Shown here: piece after piece, positions 1-9,048 of the stretch
How positions within the stretch are numbered: position 1 is the stretch's first letter
Layout of the letters: every line of letters begins with the position of its first letter
DNA from: a virus
Taxonomy: Duplodnaviria > Caudoviricetes
Length of the DNA stretch: 64,000 nucleotides
Reading direction: 5' to 3' (one strand)
IMG/VR virus record: IMGVR_UViG_3300043447_000415
Coordinates: 8,568-72,567 of that record
Position numbers and translations under genes: made by a program
Notes under the pieces: model-generated
The model's input: only the letters and a program-made list of their open reading frames with translations
Databases searched by the model: none
Told to the model about the DNA's origin: nothing

Positions 1-137
1 GAACACGATCGACATCTCCTGAAACACGTCCTCGTAGTCGATGACGACTTTAGCCGTTGCCAGACGACTGAAGCCCTTCCTCGATACAGCGTGGACGAGC
101 CCCATGTTGGCCTTGTAGAAGTCGGCCGATGTCATGT

Positions 138-1352
138 TCAAGCGCCGAAGACGCGTTGAGCCAGACCGTCAACCACTTCGCGATCCACTTTGGACAGCTT
201 GTTGGTGAACGACAGCGTGATGCCCTTGCGGAACGAGGCACGCATCACACCGATCTTGGCTGCGTAGATCAGAGTACGAGGCGAAATCACATCGCTGATC
301 TTGGCGCCGTCGTAGGCTTCGCGCACCACGGTCGCGAAGTCCACCAGCTTGTCGGCGTCTTCTTTGGTGAGGCCCACTTGGTTCTGAAGAATCTGGCTCT
401 CGGCTTGCTTCTTCATGTACTTCTTGTGGATCACCATGCCGAAGCGATCGTAGTTGGCGCTGTTCTGCAAGTTGGTGCCCTGATACAGGCCCGTCTCGTC
501 ACCACTGCCGTTGGTGTTGCCGGTGGCAGCGAAGCGAAAGTTCGGGTGCGGCTTGATGAGTCGGTTCTCGGCGTCCGCCTCCTTAATCATCAGTGACTTA
601 CCTTCGAGGACAGCCTGATAGACCGACAGCACCGAAGGCAGCGCGAAGTCGTATTCGTCGGCGACGTACATCCAACCGTTCATCATGGCCATCGGCAATG
701 GGCCCAGCTCGAACTTCGTCTCGCCGCCCTTGACGGTCCACTGTCCGACGATGTGCGACTCTTCCGTGTTGACCGTGTGCTGGACGCGAATCATCGGGTG
801 ATTGGTACGAGCGGCGATCTGCTCGAAGAGCTCCGTCTTGCCAGCGCCCTTGTGACCCCAGACGTAGCACGGAATCTTCATTTCGATGGCGAGCACCACG
901 TCCTTGAGTTCGTCGATGTCGTACACGTAGTTGTCCGAAGGTGTCGGCACATACTCGTCAAAGCCGTGGTTGGCCATCGTCGAGATTGGGATTGGCTCGC
1001 CACGCGAGTTGAGCGCGGACTTCACGCGGCCCAGGTTGAAGATTTCGTTGAAGGGCTTCTTGATGACGCCGTTCTTGGGAATGAGAGCGCTCACGCTGGC
1101 GGGCTGCTCGGTGGCCATATCGACCTTCGTCTCGGCGGGCTCGACCTTCGCGGCCTGGCGCTCGGCGATCTTGCGCTTGGCCATGTCGGACAGCAGCGGC
1201 GCATCGGGGTACTTCGCGCTGTACTCCTCCACGGTCATGTTGGGGTGGCTGTCACGCAGGTGCAGTTGGATTGCGTGAACTTGGGCTCCGCATTCGGAGC
1301 AGGTGATTTTGGCGTCAGACATGAGACTCTCCAGATAGTGTTGAAAATTCAA
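138..1352 (-). CDS. CobS/MoxR-like AAA+ ATPase with N-terminal C2H2-type zinc finger
   Basis: Walker A GHKGAGKT, Walker B YVADEYD, ATGNTNG and ANYDRF motifs, ISPRTL; N-terminal CSEC...HLRDSH; adjacent vWA partner. Confidence 0.88.
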   Translation of the reverse strand: MNFQHYLESLMSDAKITCSECGAQVHAIQLHLRDSHPNMTVEEYSAKYPDAPLLSDMAKRKIAERQAAKVEPAETKVDMATEQPASVSALIPKNGVIKKPFNEIFNLGRVKSALNSRGEPIPISTMANHGFDEYVPTPSDNYVYDIDELKDVVLAIEMKIPCYVWGHKGAGKTELFEQIAARTNHPMIRVQHTVNTEESHIVGQWTVKGGETKFELGPLPMAMMNGWMYVADEYDFALPSVLSVYQAVLEGKSLMIKEADAENRLIKPHPNFRFAATGNTNGSGDETGLYQGTNLQNSANYDRFGMVIHKKYMKKQAESQILQNQVGLTKEDADKLVDFATVVREAYDGAKISDVISPRTLIYAAKIGVMRASFRKGITLSFTNKLSKVDREVVDGLAQRVFGA

Positions 1353-1378
1353 CGGGTTAAAAAAATTGCGATGTATGA

Positions 1379-1420
1379 ATCATAAGGTGCGATCTCAGGA
1401 GAGACAAGTCACGGGTGACT
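1379..1420 (-). promoter_or_regulatory. sigma70 promoter TTGTCT-17-TATGAT with 14-bp operator abutting -35
   Basis: -35 at 1402-1407, -10 at 1379-1384; AGTCAcgggTGACT at 1407-1420. Confidence 0.7.
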
Positions 1421-1439
1421 TTGCCTCTCATGTTCCCAA

Positions 1440-3584
1440 TCACACCATCAGCAGGTGGCGCAGTTCCTTGATGACGACCGCAGGCAGGTCTTCGACCTTC
1501 TGGATCACCAAGCTCTTGGGGTAGAACTTGTTGACGGCGTCCGATTGGATGCCGATGCCCACGACGCGAACGCCAGAGGCCGACACGTCCTTGACGACTC
1601 GCTTGAGGTGCGACTCCAGGTCGCCACGATGGCCAGCGGCAGCGGGGTAGCCGTCCGAGAGCACGAGCATGACCTTGCTTGCCTCGCGTCGAGCGATGAG
1701 GCGGCGCGCGGCAGCTTCGACCGACTCACCGTCCACGTTCGAGCGGAGGATGTTGGTGTTGGGCAGCCAACCGAAGCGCTCCTTCACGTTGACCGTCATG
1801 CGCTCCTCGTAGCCCTTGAGGATGGGCATGTAGATGCCCTCGATGCGCGAGAAGCGGATGCCAGTCTTGCTGGTGGTTTCCTGAAGCTCCTTCATTGCGC
1901 TACTACCGATCTCCTTCGTCGTGAAGCCGATCACCTCATTCTTGATGTTCAGGCGATCGAGCACCGAAGCCAGCGCGTATGCAGCCTGCGCGGCAGTGTG
2001 AATCTTCGATCCGTTCATCGAGCCCGAGCAGTCAACGACCAACTCGACCGCCACGTCCTTGCTGGTGGACTCGTGCTTGCGGCTGAAGACCCGGTCATCG
2101 TTGAAGCGCAGGCGAGACAGGTTCGCGGCGTGCAACTTGCCCGAGCGGTGGCCATGAGAGCGTGTTGCCAGCGATCGTGCGGCGATGGCGCGCTCCAGGT
2201 CTTTCTGAAGGGGTGCGACCATGTGATCGACCTTGTCCATCAGGCTCTTGGTCATCGAGGGGCTGTATGCGCTGCCGATTGGCAGCTTCTCGACCACGTC
2301 GAAGTCCTTCGTGAAGGGCATGTAGTCGGCGTTCTGAGCGGACTTGAGCGCGGTCTCCGACAAGGCTCGAGACATCGACTCGTCGTAGCCATTCTTGCCG
2401 TCCTTGTCGAGTTCGGCCCAGATCGGTGCGGAGTCGCCGAGCTCCTCGCTGTCGTCGCCGTCACTCTCGCCCATCGTGCCTTCGGTCATCGTCGAGGCGG
2501 CGTCGTCAGTCTCAGCCTCCTCGTCGGCTTCCTTGATGTCGGTCTCGTCCTCGTCGTCTTCTTCGGGCTCGTCTTCCGGCTCGGACTCAGACTCAGGTTC
2601 AGACTCCGGCTCGGACTCAGGTTCGGCTTCTGACTTCTCGCCCTCGCCCTCCTCCTTCTCGTCTTCAGGTTCGGGCTTTTCTTCGGTCTTCTTCTCGTCC
2701 TTGCCCTTGCCGCCGGCGCTCTCGTCTTCACCCTTCTCGTCTTCACCCTTCTCGCCAGCGCCTTCACCTGTTTCTTCTTCTTCATCCTTGTCTTCGGGCG
2801 GGGTGGCGGGCGGTGTCTTGCCCTTCGACTTCTCAGGCTTGCCCTTCGACTTGGACTTGCTCGACTTGCCTGAAGCGCTGCTGGTGCCGCCCTCGCCTTC
2901 ACCCTCGTCATCGCTCTTGTCGGGCTTGCCCTTGCCCTTGCTGCCTTCGCTCAGACGCTTGCCGATTTCGATGGCGAGCTTCAGACAGTCTTCGGTCGAG
3001 GCGGCGTCTTCGATCTCAGGCTGCAAGTCTTTGATGCGCTCATACACGACATCCATCTTGGTCCAGTGATCCTTCATGAACTCCTTGAAGATTTGCTGGC
3101 CCGACATGGCGCGAATCATCGGCACCATCAAAGTCTGAATGACGCCATTTGCATCACCAGCGGCGGCTTTTTCTTTCAGTCGCGGCATGACGAACTTGTC
3201 GAGGTAGAACTTGCCTGTGACCGACAGGTTGTAACCAGAGCCTTGAAAGCGCTTTGCCATCTCTTTCTCGATGCGAGGGTCTTCAAGCGCATTGAGCATG
3301 AAGCCGATCTGGCGACCGTGAGCGTTCGCTTTGGCCATCAGCGGAAAGTTGGTGAACAGGATGTGTGCGACCTCGTGGTCGAGGAAGCCTTGAATCGCAT
3401 TGCACAGCTCCTCGGTTGCGTTGTCGGGCAGGTAAGGCAGGTTGACCACGACCGGGGTGCCCAGGTGGTCTGCCTTGACGTATGCGTTCACGCCTTGTTG
3501 CGTGACCTTGATGCCCTTGCCCGAGAGCATCTGGGTGATCTTCACGACTGACTCGCGAAGGATGAAGACTCGATCATTTCTCAT
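1440..3584 (-). CDS. CobT-like vWA protein with N-terminal HEXXH metallopeptidase-like domain and long acidic linker
   Basis: LDHEVAH; NALEDPRIEK; E/D/P-rich linker; MIDAS DCSGSM and VLSDG; next to the AAA+ gene. Confidence 0.88.
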   Translation of the reverse strand: MRNDRVFILRESVVKITQMLSGKGIKVTQQGVNAYVKADHLGTPVVVNLPYLPDNATEELCNAIQGFLDHEVAHILFTNFPLMAKANAHGRQIGFMLNALEDPRIEKEMAKRFQGSGYNLSVTGKFYLDKFVMPRLKEKAAAGDANGVIQTLMVPMIRAMSGQQIFKEFMKDHWTKMDVVYERIKDLQPEIEDAASTEDCLKLAIEIGKRLSEGSKGKGKPDKSDDEGEGEGGTSSASGKSSKSKSKGKPEKSKGKTPPATPPEDKDEEEETGEGAGEKGEDEKGEDESAGGKGKDEKKTEEKPEPEDEKEEGEGEKSEAEPESEPESEPESESEPEDEPEEDDEDETDIKEADEEAETDDAASTMTEGTMGESDGDDSEELGDSAPIWAELDKDGKNGYDESMSRALSETALKSAQNADYMPFTKDFDVVEKLPIGSAYSPSMTKSLMDKVDHMVAPLQKDLERAIAARSLATRSHGHRSGKLHAANLSRLRFNDDRVFSRKHESTSKDVAVELVVDCSGSMNGSKIHTAAQAAYALASVLDRLNIKNEVIGFTTKEIGSSAMKELQETTSKTGIRFSRIEGIYMPILKGYEERMTVNVKERFGWLPNTNILRSNVDGESVEAAARRLIARREASKVMLVLSDGYPAAAGHRGDLESHLKRVVKDVSASGVRVVGIGIQSDAVNKFYPKSLVIQKVEDLPAVVIKELRHLLMV

Positions 3585-3670
3585 TGGTTTCTCCGTATGT
3601 CATGAGTGACTGATAACGCATTGTCACCGTTGAATCTAGGGAGAACAATGCTTTGAGCAGGGAAGATGAA

Positions 3671-3690
3671 AGGGCGACCGAAGTCGCCCT
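3671..3690 (-). terminator. intrinsic terminator
   Basis: AGGGCGAC-cgaa-GTCGCCCT stem followed by TTCATCTT on minus strand. Confidence 0.55.
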
Positions 3691-3695
3691 GGGGT

Positions 3696-3881
3696 CTACA
3701 TGGAGATGCGAGCCGCTCTGCCGCAGGCGGTGCTGACGAGGATCAGCTTGCCCAGGTGGACGTGCTCACCCACATGTAGTATCGTTGATCCAAGGTCAAT
3801 TGAAGTGCTGACTGCCAAACTCTCAAGGAGTCGGCATAGTTCTGAGACGTGAATTTCGATCGCTTCTTTAAACTCGGGCAT
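3696..3881 (-). CDS. hypothetical protein (61 aa)
   Basis: AAGGA RBS-like upstream and a terminator right after the stop; no recognisable domain. Confidence 0.35.
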   Translation of the reverse strand: MPEFKEAIEIHVSELCRLLESLAVSTSIDLGSTILHVGEHVHLGKLILVSTACGRAARISM

Positions 3882-3899
3882 AAGCGCCGTCCTTATAAA

Positions 3900-4520
3900 T
3901 TATCGCTTTGTGTTTTGTCTATATAGTTTAGTCACCAGTAAGTAAATCCTTCTTGTGGAACTTGACCTCCGTTCGGGCTTTGCCCGCAGCAGGATGTTGC
4001 TCACTCGGGTGAGCATGTAGTGGGCACCCCGATCCTCGACCTTCTGGAAAATCGACCGCACCTCGTCGGCCGAGAGCTCCGTGATGCGCCTGGCGCCGTG
4101 CGTGGCCAGGATGTTGGCTTTGGCGGCGGTGTTGTAGTCGTCGTAGTGCCGCGAGCTCCACTCGTGCCGGTTGTGCTCGAGCCATTCAGTGATGACTTCA
4201 CTCACCGACTTGGCCGCCTTGTTTGCGCCACGGGCCTGGCGCCGTAGCTCCACGGGGTCAGTGCCCAGTTGCACCGCTTCCCTAGCTTGCTCAGCCAGGG
4301 TCCGTGCCGTACTCAGCTTGACCTGCGGGTAGGTGCCCATCGAGAACGTCTTCCGTACCCCGAGCAGGACATAGTCGAGCTGCCAGGACATGCCGCCCGT
4401 GCGCCGGACGACGAGGTAGAGCCCTGAGCCGTCGCTGATCTTGGTGACGGAATTCTCGGACTCGCGAGCCTCCCTGATGCGCTTCTCGAGCTCCTTCTGG
4501 GACAACTCATGCAGTGCCAC
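3900..4520 (-). pseudogene. truncated P4-type tyrosine integrase (arm-binding and core-binding parts only)
   Basis: KISDGSGLYLVV...SWQLDY...GTYPQVKLSTAR...A arm-DNA-binding signature; homology ends near 3985; no catalytic R-H-R-Y domain. Confidence 0.85.
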
Positions 4521-4539
4521 GGCCGATCTCCGGGTCGTT

Positions 4540-4835
4540 GTGGTAACGGCGGTGGGTGCGTTGTCGCCTCAGTGGTAACGACTTGCCGCCCAGTGCCCGT
4601 TTTTGGACGTTACCACAGGCTCTACTGGCCGAATTCGTGGACGCAGGCGGTCGTCGGTGGACGACGCTGGAATGAAAAAAGCCCCAAGTGGTTGATTTCT
4701 TGGGGCTTTCTGGTTGACCGTGGAGGTCAGCGGACTGTTGTGGAAATGCAACTGGCGGAGAGGGTGGGATTCGTACCGCTAGTATCCATGCGGTTCTTCG
4801 GGCACGTTCCCGTTCTCTACCACTTTGGTTGCCAC
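4540..4835 (-). mobile_element. attP-like site: tRNA-Ser 3-prime end core flanked by arm-type repeats
   Basis: Minus-strand 4777-4753 = GGTACGAATCCCACCCTCTCCGCCA (tRNA T-arm, acceptor and CCA, one mismatch); GTGGTAACG/CGTTACCAC at 4540-4548, 4572-4580, 4608-4616, variant GGTTGCCAC at 4827-4835. Confidence 0.72.
4675..4709 (-). terminator. intrinsic terminator between att core and integrase
   Basis: AAAGCCCCAAG / CTTGGGGCTTT stem plus T6 on minus strand. Confidence 0.8.
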
Positions 4836-4836
4836 G

Positions 4837-5478
4837 TCAGTTTGTGGCCAGGCATTCGACCGCCACACGGCCGATCTGCTCAAGGACGCTGTCGATATTG
4901 GACTCGTCGAACGAGTGAAGCCAGAGGTCGCACAGCGGCCCCACATCCTCACCCCACCAGCACTCGTCCTTGAGCATGACCCCCAGGCGGCCGGCGTAAC
5001 TGGCCTGAACCTTCCTGATGTTGCCGTCGCTTGCGCCGGTCTCGACGGCCTTCTTCAGGTCGTCCATGTACCGAGCCAGGAAGCGCTCGCCGATCACGCC
5101 ACCAGGGTTGTCGATGAAGACGGTGAAGTAGTTCCAGCCACGACCCGTGCAGTAGGCTCGAATCTGCTTCAGACCTTCGGGCTCGACAATGACGACGATG
5201 GGCTTGTTCTGGGCCGCCACACGCTCGACTTCCTGAACCGACACGCCGTAGTGCTTGCCGTTGAAGTGGACACTCTCCACCAGCAGGCCAGAGCTGTCCA
5301 GGCGCTTGAACTCTTCCTCGCTCACGAAGTAGTAGCTCACGCCATCGACTTCGCCGGCTCGTGGAGCTCGAGTGGTTGTGGAGATCACATTGACAAAGCC
5401 GGCGTTCTTCAGCCGGCTCTCGAGGGTGGTCTTGCCCGCACAGGATGGACCTGTGAGGGTGACGATGAATGGGGTCAT
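4837..5478 (-). CDS. guanylate kinase-like NMP kinase
   Basis: P-loop TGPSCAGKTT; ISTTTRAPRAGEVDGVSYYFVS; start moved to ATG 5478. Confidence 0.85.
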   Translation of the reverse strand: MTPFIVTLTGPSCAGKTTLESRLKNAGFVNVISTTTRAPRAGEVDGVSYYFVSEEEFKRLDSSGLLVESVHFNGKHYGVSVQEVERVAAQNKPIVVIVEPEGLKQIRAYCTGRGWNYFTVFIDNPGGVIGERFLARYMDDLKKAVETGASDGNIRKVQASYAGRLGVMLKDECWWGEDVGPLCDLWLHSFDESNIDSVLEQIGRVAVECLATN

Positions 5479-5927
5479 GATGTTGTCCTTTCTACATAGC
5501 GCACTCGGGAGGTGTTGATCCGGATGCCGTCGGGGCTGTTCGGGGTGATGGAGTTCTGCGTGCCGAGGTAGGTCGAAAGCTCCCAACCCTCCTCGTGAAA
5601 GCGTCCTTCGGGGTCGTTTTCGAGGAGGGCTTTGATGCCCGCCCTGTCGTAGCTTCTGAGGTCGTGCTTGGCCAGGTACTCGTCCGTCAGCACGAACGTG
5701 ACGGGTTGGCTCTCGCGCACCTTGCCGACGTTGTCCAAGCCGCGAACGGTCAGCCGCGCCTCAACCTCGGAGAGGCCCGTGAGAGCCTCTGCAAAGTTGG
5801 CCAGGGGCACCTCGATGGTCACGAAGTCGATGCGGCTGGTGGCGTCGCGAACCTTGATGCTGATGCAGGGGTTCTCGTCGCTTCGCCCGCCATTCGGCCG
5901 ACTGATGGTCAGGTTGCCTTTAAGCAC
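5475..5927 (-). CDS. hypothetical phage protein
   Basis: Coupled overlaps with both neighbours. Confidence 0.65.
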   Translation of the reverse strand: MLKGNLTISRPNGGRSDENPCISIKVRDATSRIDFVTIEVPLANFAEALTGLSEVEARLTVRGLDNVGKVRESQPVTFVLTDEYLAKHDLRSYDRAGIKALLENDPEGRFHEEGWELSTYLGTQNSITPNSPDGIRINTSRVRYVERTTS

Positions 5928-6108
5928 TTGGGGGCTCCTTCGGCTCCAGCTTTCGAGTCAGCAACTGCAAGATGTCCGTCATCGTGAACAGCGGAACTTC
6001 CTGGCCGTTGCGATCAACCATCTGGACAAGCCCACCCACTCCCGTTGGGAACACATGGGTGGTCCAGGGAAAGGTGGCTTGAATCTGCTTGAACTGTTCG
6101 TCAGTCAT
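5920..6108 (-). CDS. hypothetical protein (62 aa)
   Basis: Tight packing in operon. Confidence 0.6.
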   Translation of the reverse strand: MTDEQFKQIQATFPWTTHVFPTGVGGLVQMVDRNGQEVPLFTMTDILQLLTRKLEPKEPPSA

Positions 6109-6111
6109 GAC

Positions 6112-7470
6112 TTATGCCTTGTCGTCGCGGAATCGCTTGAAGCGTGGGTGACGCAGAGAGCCGTCAGGGGTGATCTCGTGGAACTCGACTTCAATGACGC
6201 GTCCAATCAGCGCTTCGCGGTCTTCCCAGAAGCTCTGACGTTGGCTGTCGCTGAGACCGCTTCCGACGTTCACGCGCACCGCATCAGGGTGGTCATGGTT
6301 TGCCCCATGTGCTCCGTTCTCGTGGCAAGTCTTGTCGAAGGCGACGATGATCGCGCCCAACATGCCCTCGTACTTGCCGGTGCCCTCCTCGAAGCCCACG
6401 ATCGGCACGTCGGTCGATTCTTCGGCCTTGATCTTCATCCAGGCGTGGTTGCGGCGGCGGTAGTACGGCGCGTCGTCCTTGATGATGAGTCCTTCCAGAC
6501 CTCGTGCCTGCACCGACTCGTAGAGGGCGTCAATTTCGGCTTCGGAGCTCACCAAGTACCGAGGCAGCAGGTGAACGGGGCCCGACTTGCCGGTGGGCAG
6601 CAACTCGTTGAGCACTTGGCGACGTTCGGTGTACGTGTGCTTGCTCGGCACCTTGTCGTCCTTACTGAAGAGCGACATGGGCAGGATGTCGAACACGTTG
6701 AAGATCGCGTCCGTAGCCTGGGCATCCTTGCGTCGAACTTCCGAAACGGTCTTGTTGAAGCTGCCAGAGACGATTTCCCCGTCGAATACCACGGCGAAGT
6801 CTTCGCAGTCCACGCGATCCGAGAAGTACTCGGCATCGTAGTCGTCGCCCAATCCACACAGATCGGCACGGAAGTCGTCGATCAGCCTCAGCAGCGGCCC
6901 CTTCAGGTGGTCAAAGGTCGTGAACTCCTTGCCCGAGCGGGAGAAGAAGTGAACTGAGGGCTTGGTGATGTCCACGAACGCAAGCACCCGCACGCCATCG
7001 AGCTTGGGCTCGGCAACGACTGGCCATTTCTTGACTCGATGCGCCTCGAACTTGTGAGCCAACATACAGTCGAAGGTGGGCACCGTGCCTGGGATGGCCT
7101 TGTTGACGGTGGACTCCGAGAAGCCCGCCCGCAGGTCTTTGCTGACGATGCGCCAGAGCAGTTCGGCCGACTTGGTGGTCAGACGAGTCAGCTCCGATAC
7201 CAGCGACTCGCGAGCCGCATTGCCTGTCAGGGTGCGAGTCTCCAGATTTGTCAGAAGCACCCATGTCTGAGTGTCAAACACGCCATCGAGATTGGTCAGC
7301 ACTTCGGGCCGTTTGGCGATGCCGTAGGTCTTGAAAGGGTTGAGCGCCGCCTCGAGCACCGCAAGAAACTTGCCGTTGGCGCCGTGCTTGGCGACGAGCG
7401 CTTCCTTGCCGGTCTTGCTGGAGGTTGAGGCGATCTCCTCGATCGCGTCGAAGATTGCATCCGAGTTCAC
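6112..7470 (-). CDS. ATP-dependent DNA ligase
   Basis: Motif I EPKLDGVR, VFDGEI, FDIL, EGLIIK, WMKIK, OB-fold SLRHPRF; GTG start at 7470 overlapping upstream TGA. Confidence 0.93.
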   Translation of the reverse strand: MNSDAIFDAIEEIASTSSKTGKEALVAKHGANGKFLAVLEAALNPFKTYGIAKRPEVLTNLDGVFDTQTWVLLTNLETRTLTGNAARESLVSELTRLTTKSAELLWRIVSKDLRAGFSESTVNKAIPGTVPTFDCMLAHKFEAHRVKKWPVVAEPKLDGVRVLAFVDITKPSVHFFSRSGKEFTTFDHLKGPLLRLIDDFRADLCGLGDDYDAEYFSDRVDCEDFAVVFDGEIVSGSFNKTVSEVRRKDAQATDAIFNVFDILPMSLFSKDDKVPSKHTYTERRQVLNELLPTGKSGPVHLLPRYLVSSEAEIDALYESVQARGLEGLIIKDDAPYYRRRNHAWMKIKAEESTDVPIVGFEEGTGKYEGMLGAIIVAFDKTCHENGAHGANHDHPDAVRVNVGSGLSDSQRQSFWEDREALIGRVIEVEFHEITPDGSLRHPRFKRFRDDKA

Positions 7471-7769
7471 TTGGAAGCCTCTGCAATCTCCTTGACCATG
7501 CGGTCGTAGGCGATAGTGATGAAGTCGTCCATCGTGTCGATCGCTTCCTTGCAGGTGGTAGCAACCTGTTCTTTGGGCAGACCGTTTGATGCGACTAAAG
7601 CCGCCACGAAGGTGACGTAGGAGGCGCACAGAGCGCTGGCCAGGGCCGGTGCGGGGACGCCCGCATTGTTGATGGCGCGCTGGGCGTCCAGCAGAATCGG
7701 CATCGCGTGGTCGAAGCCGTTGTGCATTTCGTTCATGAGGCGCTGTTCGTCGGTGATTTCATTGGTCAT
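7467..7769 (-). CDS. hypothetical protein
   Basis: RBS AAGGAG, operon packing. Confidence 0.65.
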   Translation of the reverse strand: MTNEITDEQRLMNEMHNGFDHAMPILLDAQRAINNAGVPAPALASALCASYVTFVAALVASNGLPKEQVATTCKEAIDTMDDFITIAYDRMVKEIAEASK

Positions 7770-7772
7770 TGG

Positions 7773-8375
7773 TTACTCCTTGTTCAAGCCCATCTGAAGA
7801 CGCGCCTTCTCGATCATCGAGAGGCCACTGTTGACTGGCGAAGGCGATGGGCTGGCAACCTTCGGTTCTGGTGTTGGGGTGGGCTGGGCCGCTTCTTTGA
7901 TCGCGGCGTTGATCGCGGCCGCATAGCCGTCGGTTTCCGCCGGAACCATCAGGCGATGGTCAGACTTGGCTGGCGGCGTGACGGTGGGCTTCGATGCGGG
8001 ATTCGGTTTCGATGCAGGCGACACGGTCTTGGTGGGTGCAAACCGAGCGCTCACGCCGGCAAACGCTTTGTCCATCTCCTCACGCAGCAGTGCGCGGTCG
8101 ATGAAGTACAGCGCCTTGCCGGCGGCCTGCTCTTCGGCTCGCATGGTGAGCGCGGGGCAGACCTTGCCCGAGATGGCACGCTCACACTCGGGGTACGAGG
8201 TCAGCGCCCGATCGCGCTCGAATGCCTTGATCTTGTTCAGGCACACGCAATAGCCAGGGGTGTGCCCCACGACCTTACAGCCCTTGACGGTGTACGAGTT
8301 GACGCCGCCAGCAGAATGCTCGGGCGGGTACGTGGGTTGGCGGTCGCGAACCGCAGCTTCGATAGTGTCGAACAT
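7773..8375 (-). CDS. Cys-containing hypothetical protein with Pro/Ala-rich C-terminus
   Basis: RBS CAGGAG before ATG 8375. Confidence 0.65.
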   Translation of the reverse strand: MFDTIEAAVRDRQPTYPPEHSAGGVNSYTVKGCKVVGHTPGYCVCLNKIKAFERDRALTSYPECERAISGKVCPALTMRAEEQAAGKALYFIDRALLREEMDKAFAGVSARFAPTKTVSPASKPNPASKPTVTPPAKSDHRLMVPAETDGYAAAINAAIKEAAQPTPTPEPKVASPSPSPVNSGLSMIEKARLQMGLNKE

Positions 8376-8483
8376 GGAAACTCCTGTATTGACCCAGAAC
8401 GGGTGTTGCTCAGTGCTGACTGATAGTGTAGTGCGATTTCTTCGGGGTATCGCGCACATTCAGCGATTGCCGGTCAGATGTCC

Positions 8484-8990
8484 TCACCAGCTACCCCACG
8501 AGTCGCCGCGCTCAGGCTCCGGTGGTGGCTCCTCGCTCACGATGCTGTCGGCTTCGTCTACCCAGATGCCCGTTGCCTCCAGACCTCTGATCTTTTCTTC
8601 GCCCACCGGGGTCATGAACTCCCGAAGAATGGCAACCGTGTTGTCGCGGCCGTAGTGATCGAGCAGGAGACTCTTCAAGTTCTCATTGGTGATCGCGCCG
8701 CCGTAGCCGTGAAGCCCGACTGCATACGTCCGCTTGGCGTAGCCTCGCCCTTCTTTCTGTCGAATGACGGTTTCTGCCGCCTGGCCAGCCTTGCGAGCCG
8801 CCCCGAACATCTGGACTTGAATTTCTCCACCCTTGCTCAGTGCGGAGGTCTTGCCCCATCGCTTGATGAGCAGGTGCTGCTTGATGTCAGGAGCGTGAAG
8901 CTGCACGACTTCATAAAACTTGCTTCCACCCTCGTGCATCATCAGGGTGGTTTCGTGTACTACGGAAATTGTCATATTGATCCTCGACAT
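8484..8990 (-). CDS. WGR-domain-like protein
   Basis: SKFYEV...IKRWGK...QKEGRGY pattern. Confidence 0.65.
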   Translation of the reverse strand: MSRINMTISVVHETTLMMHEGGSKFYEVVQLHAPDIKQHLLIKRWGKTSALSKGGEIQVQMFGAARKAGQAAETVIRQKEGRGYAKRTYAVGLHGYGGAITNENLKSLLLDHYGRDNTVAILREFMTPVGEEKIRGLEATGIWVDEADSIVSEEPPPEPERGDSWGSW

Positions 8991-9048
8991 AACGTCTTCT
9001 GATGCAAATTGTACGAACCAAAACGCGGGGTAAACGCGTGCCTATGCA

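Noticed and set aside
2395-3069. Ser-rich plus-strand ORF and simple repeats
   Set aside because: Mirror of the Glu/Pro/Asp linker of the vWA gene
138-3584. Cobalamin biosynthesis (cobS/cobT)
   Set aside because: No cobN or other cob genes; phage context and extra domains point to an AAA+/vWA chaperone
4753-4777. Intact tRNA-Ser gene
   Set aside because: Only the 3-prime 25 nt match; upstream sequence cannot form D, anticodon or variable arms
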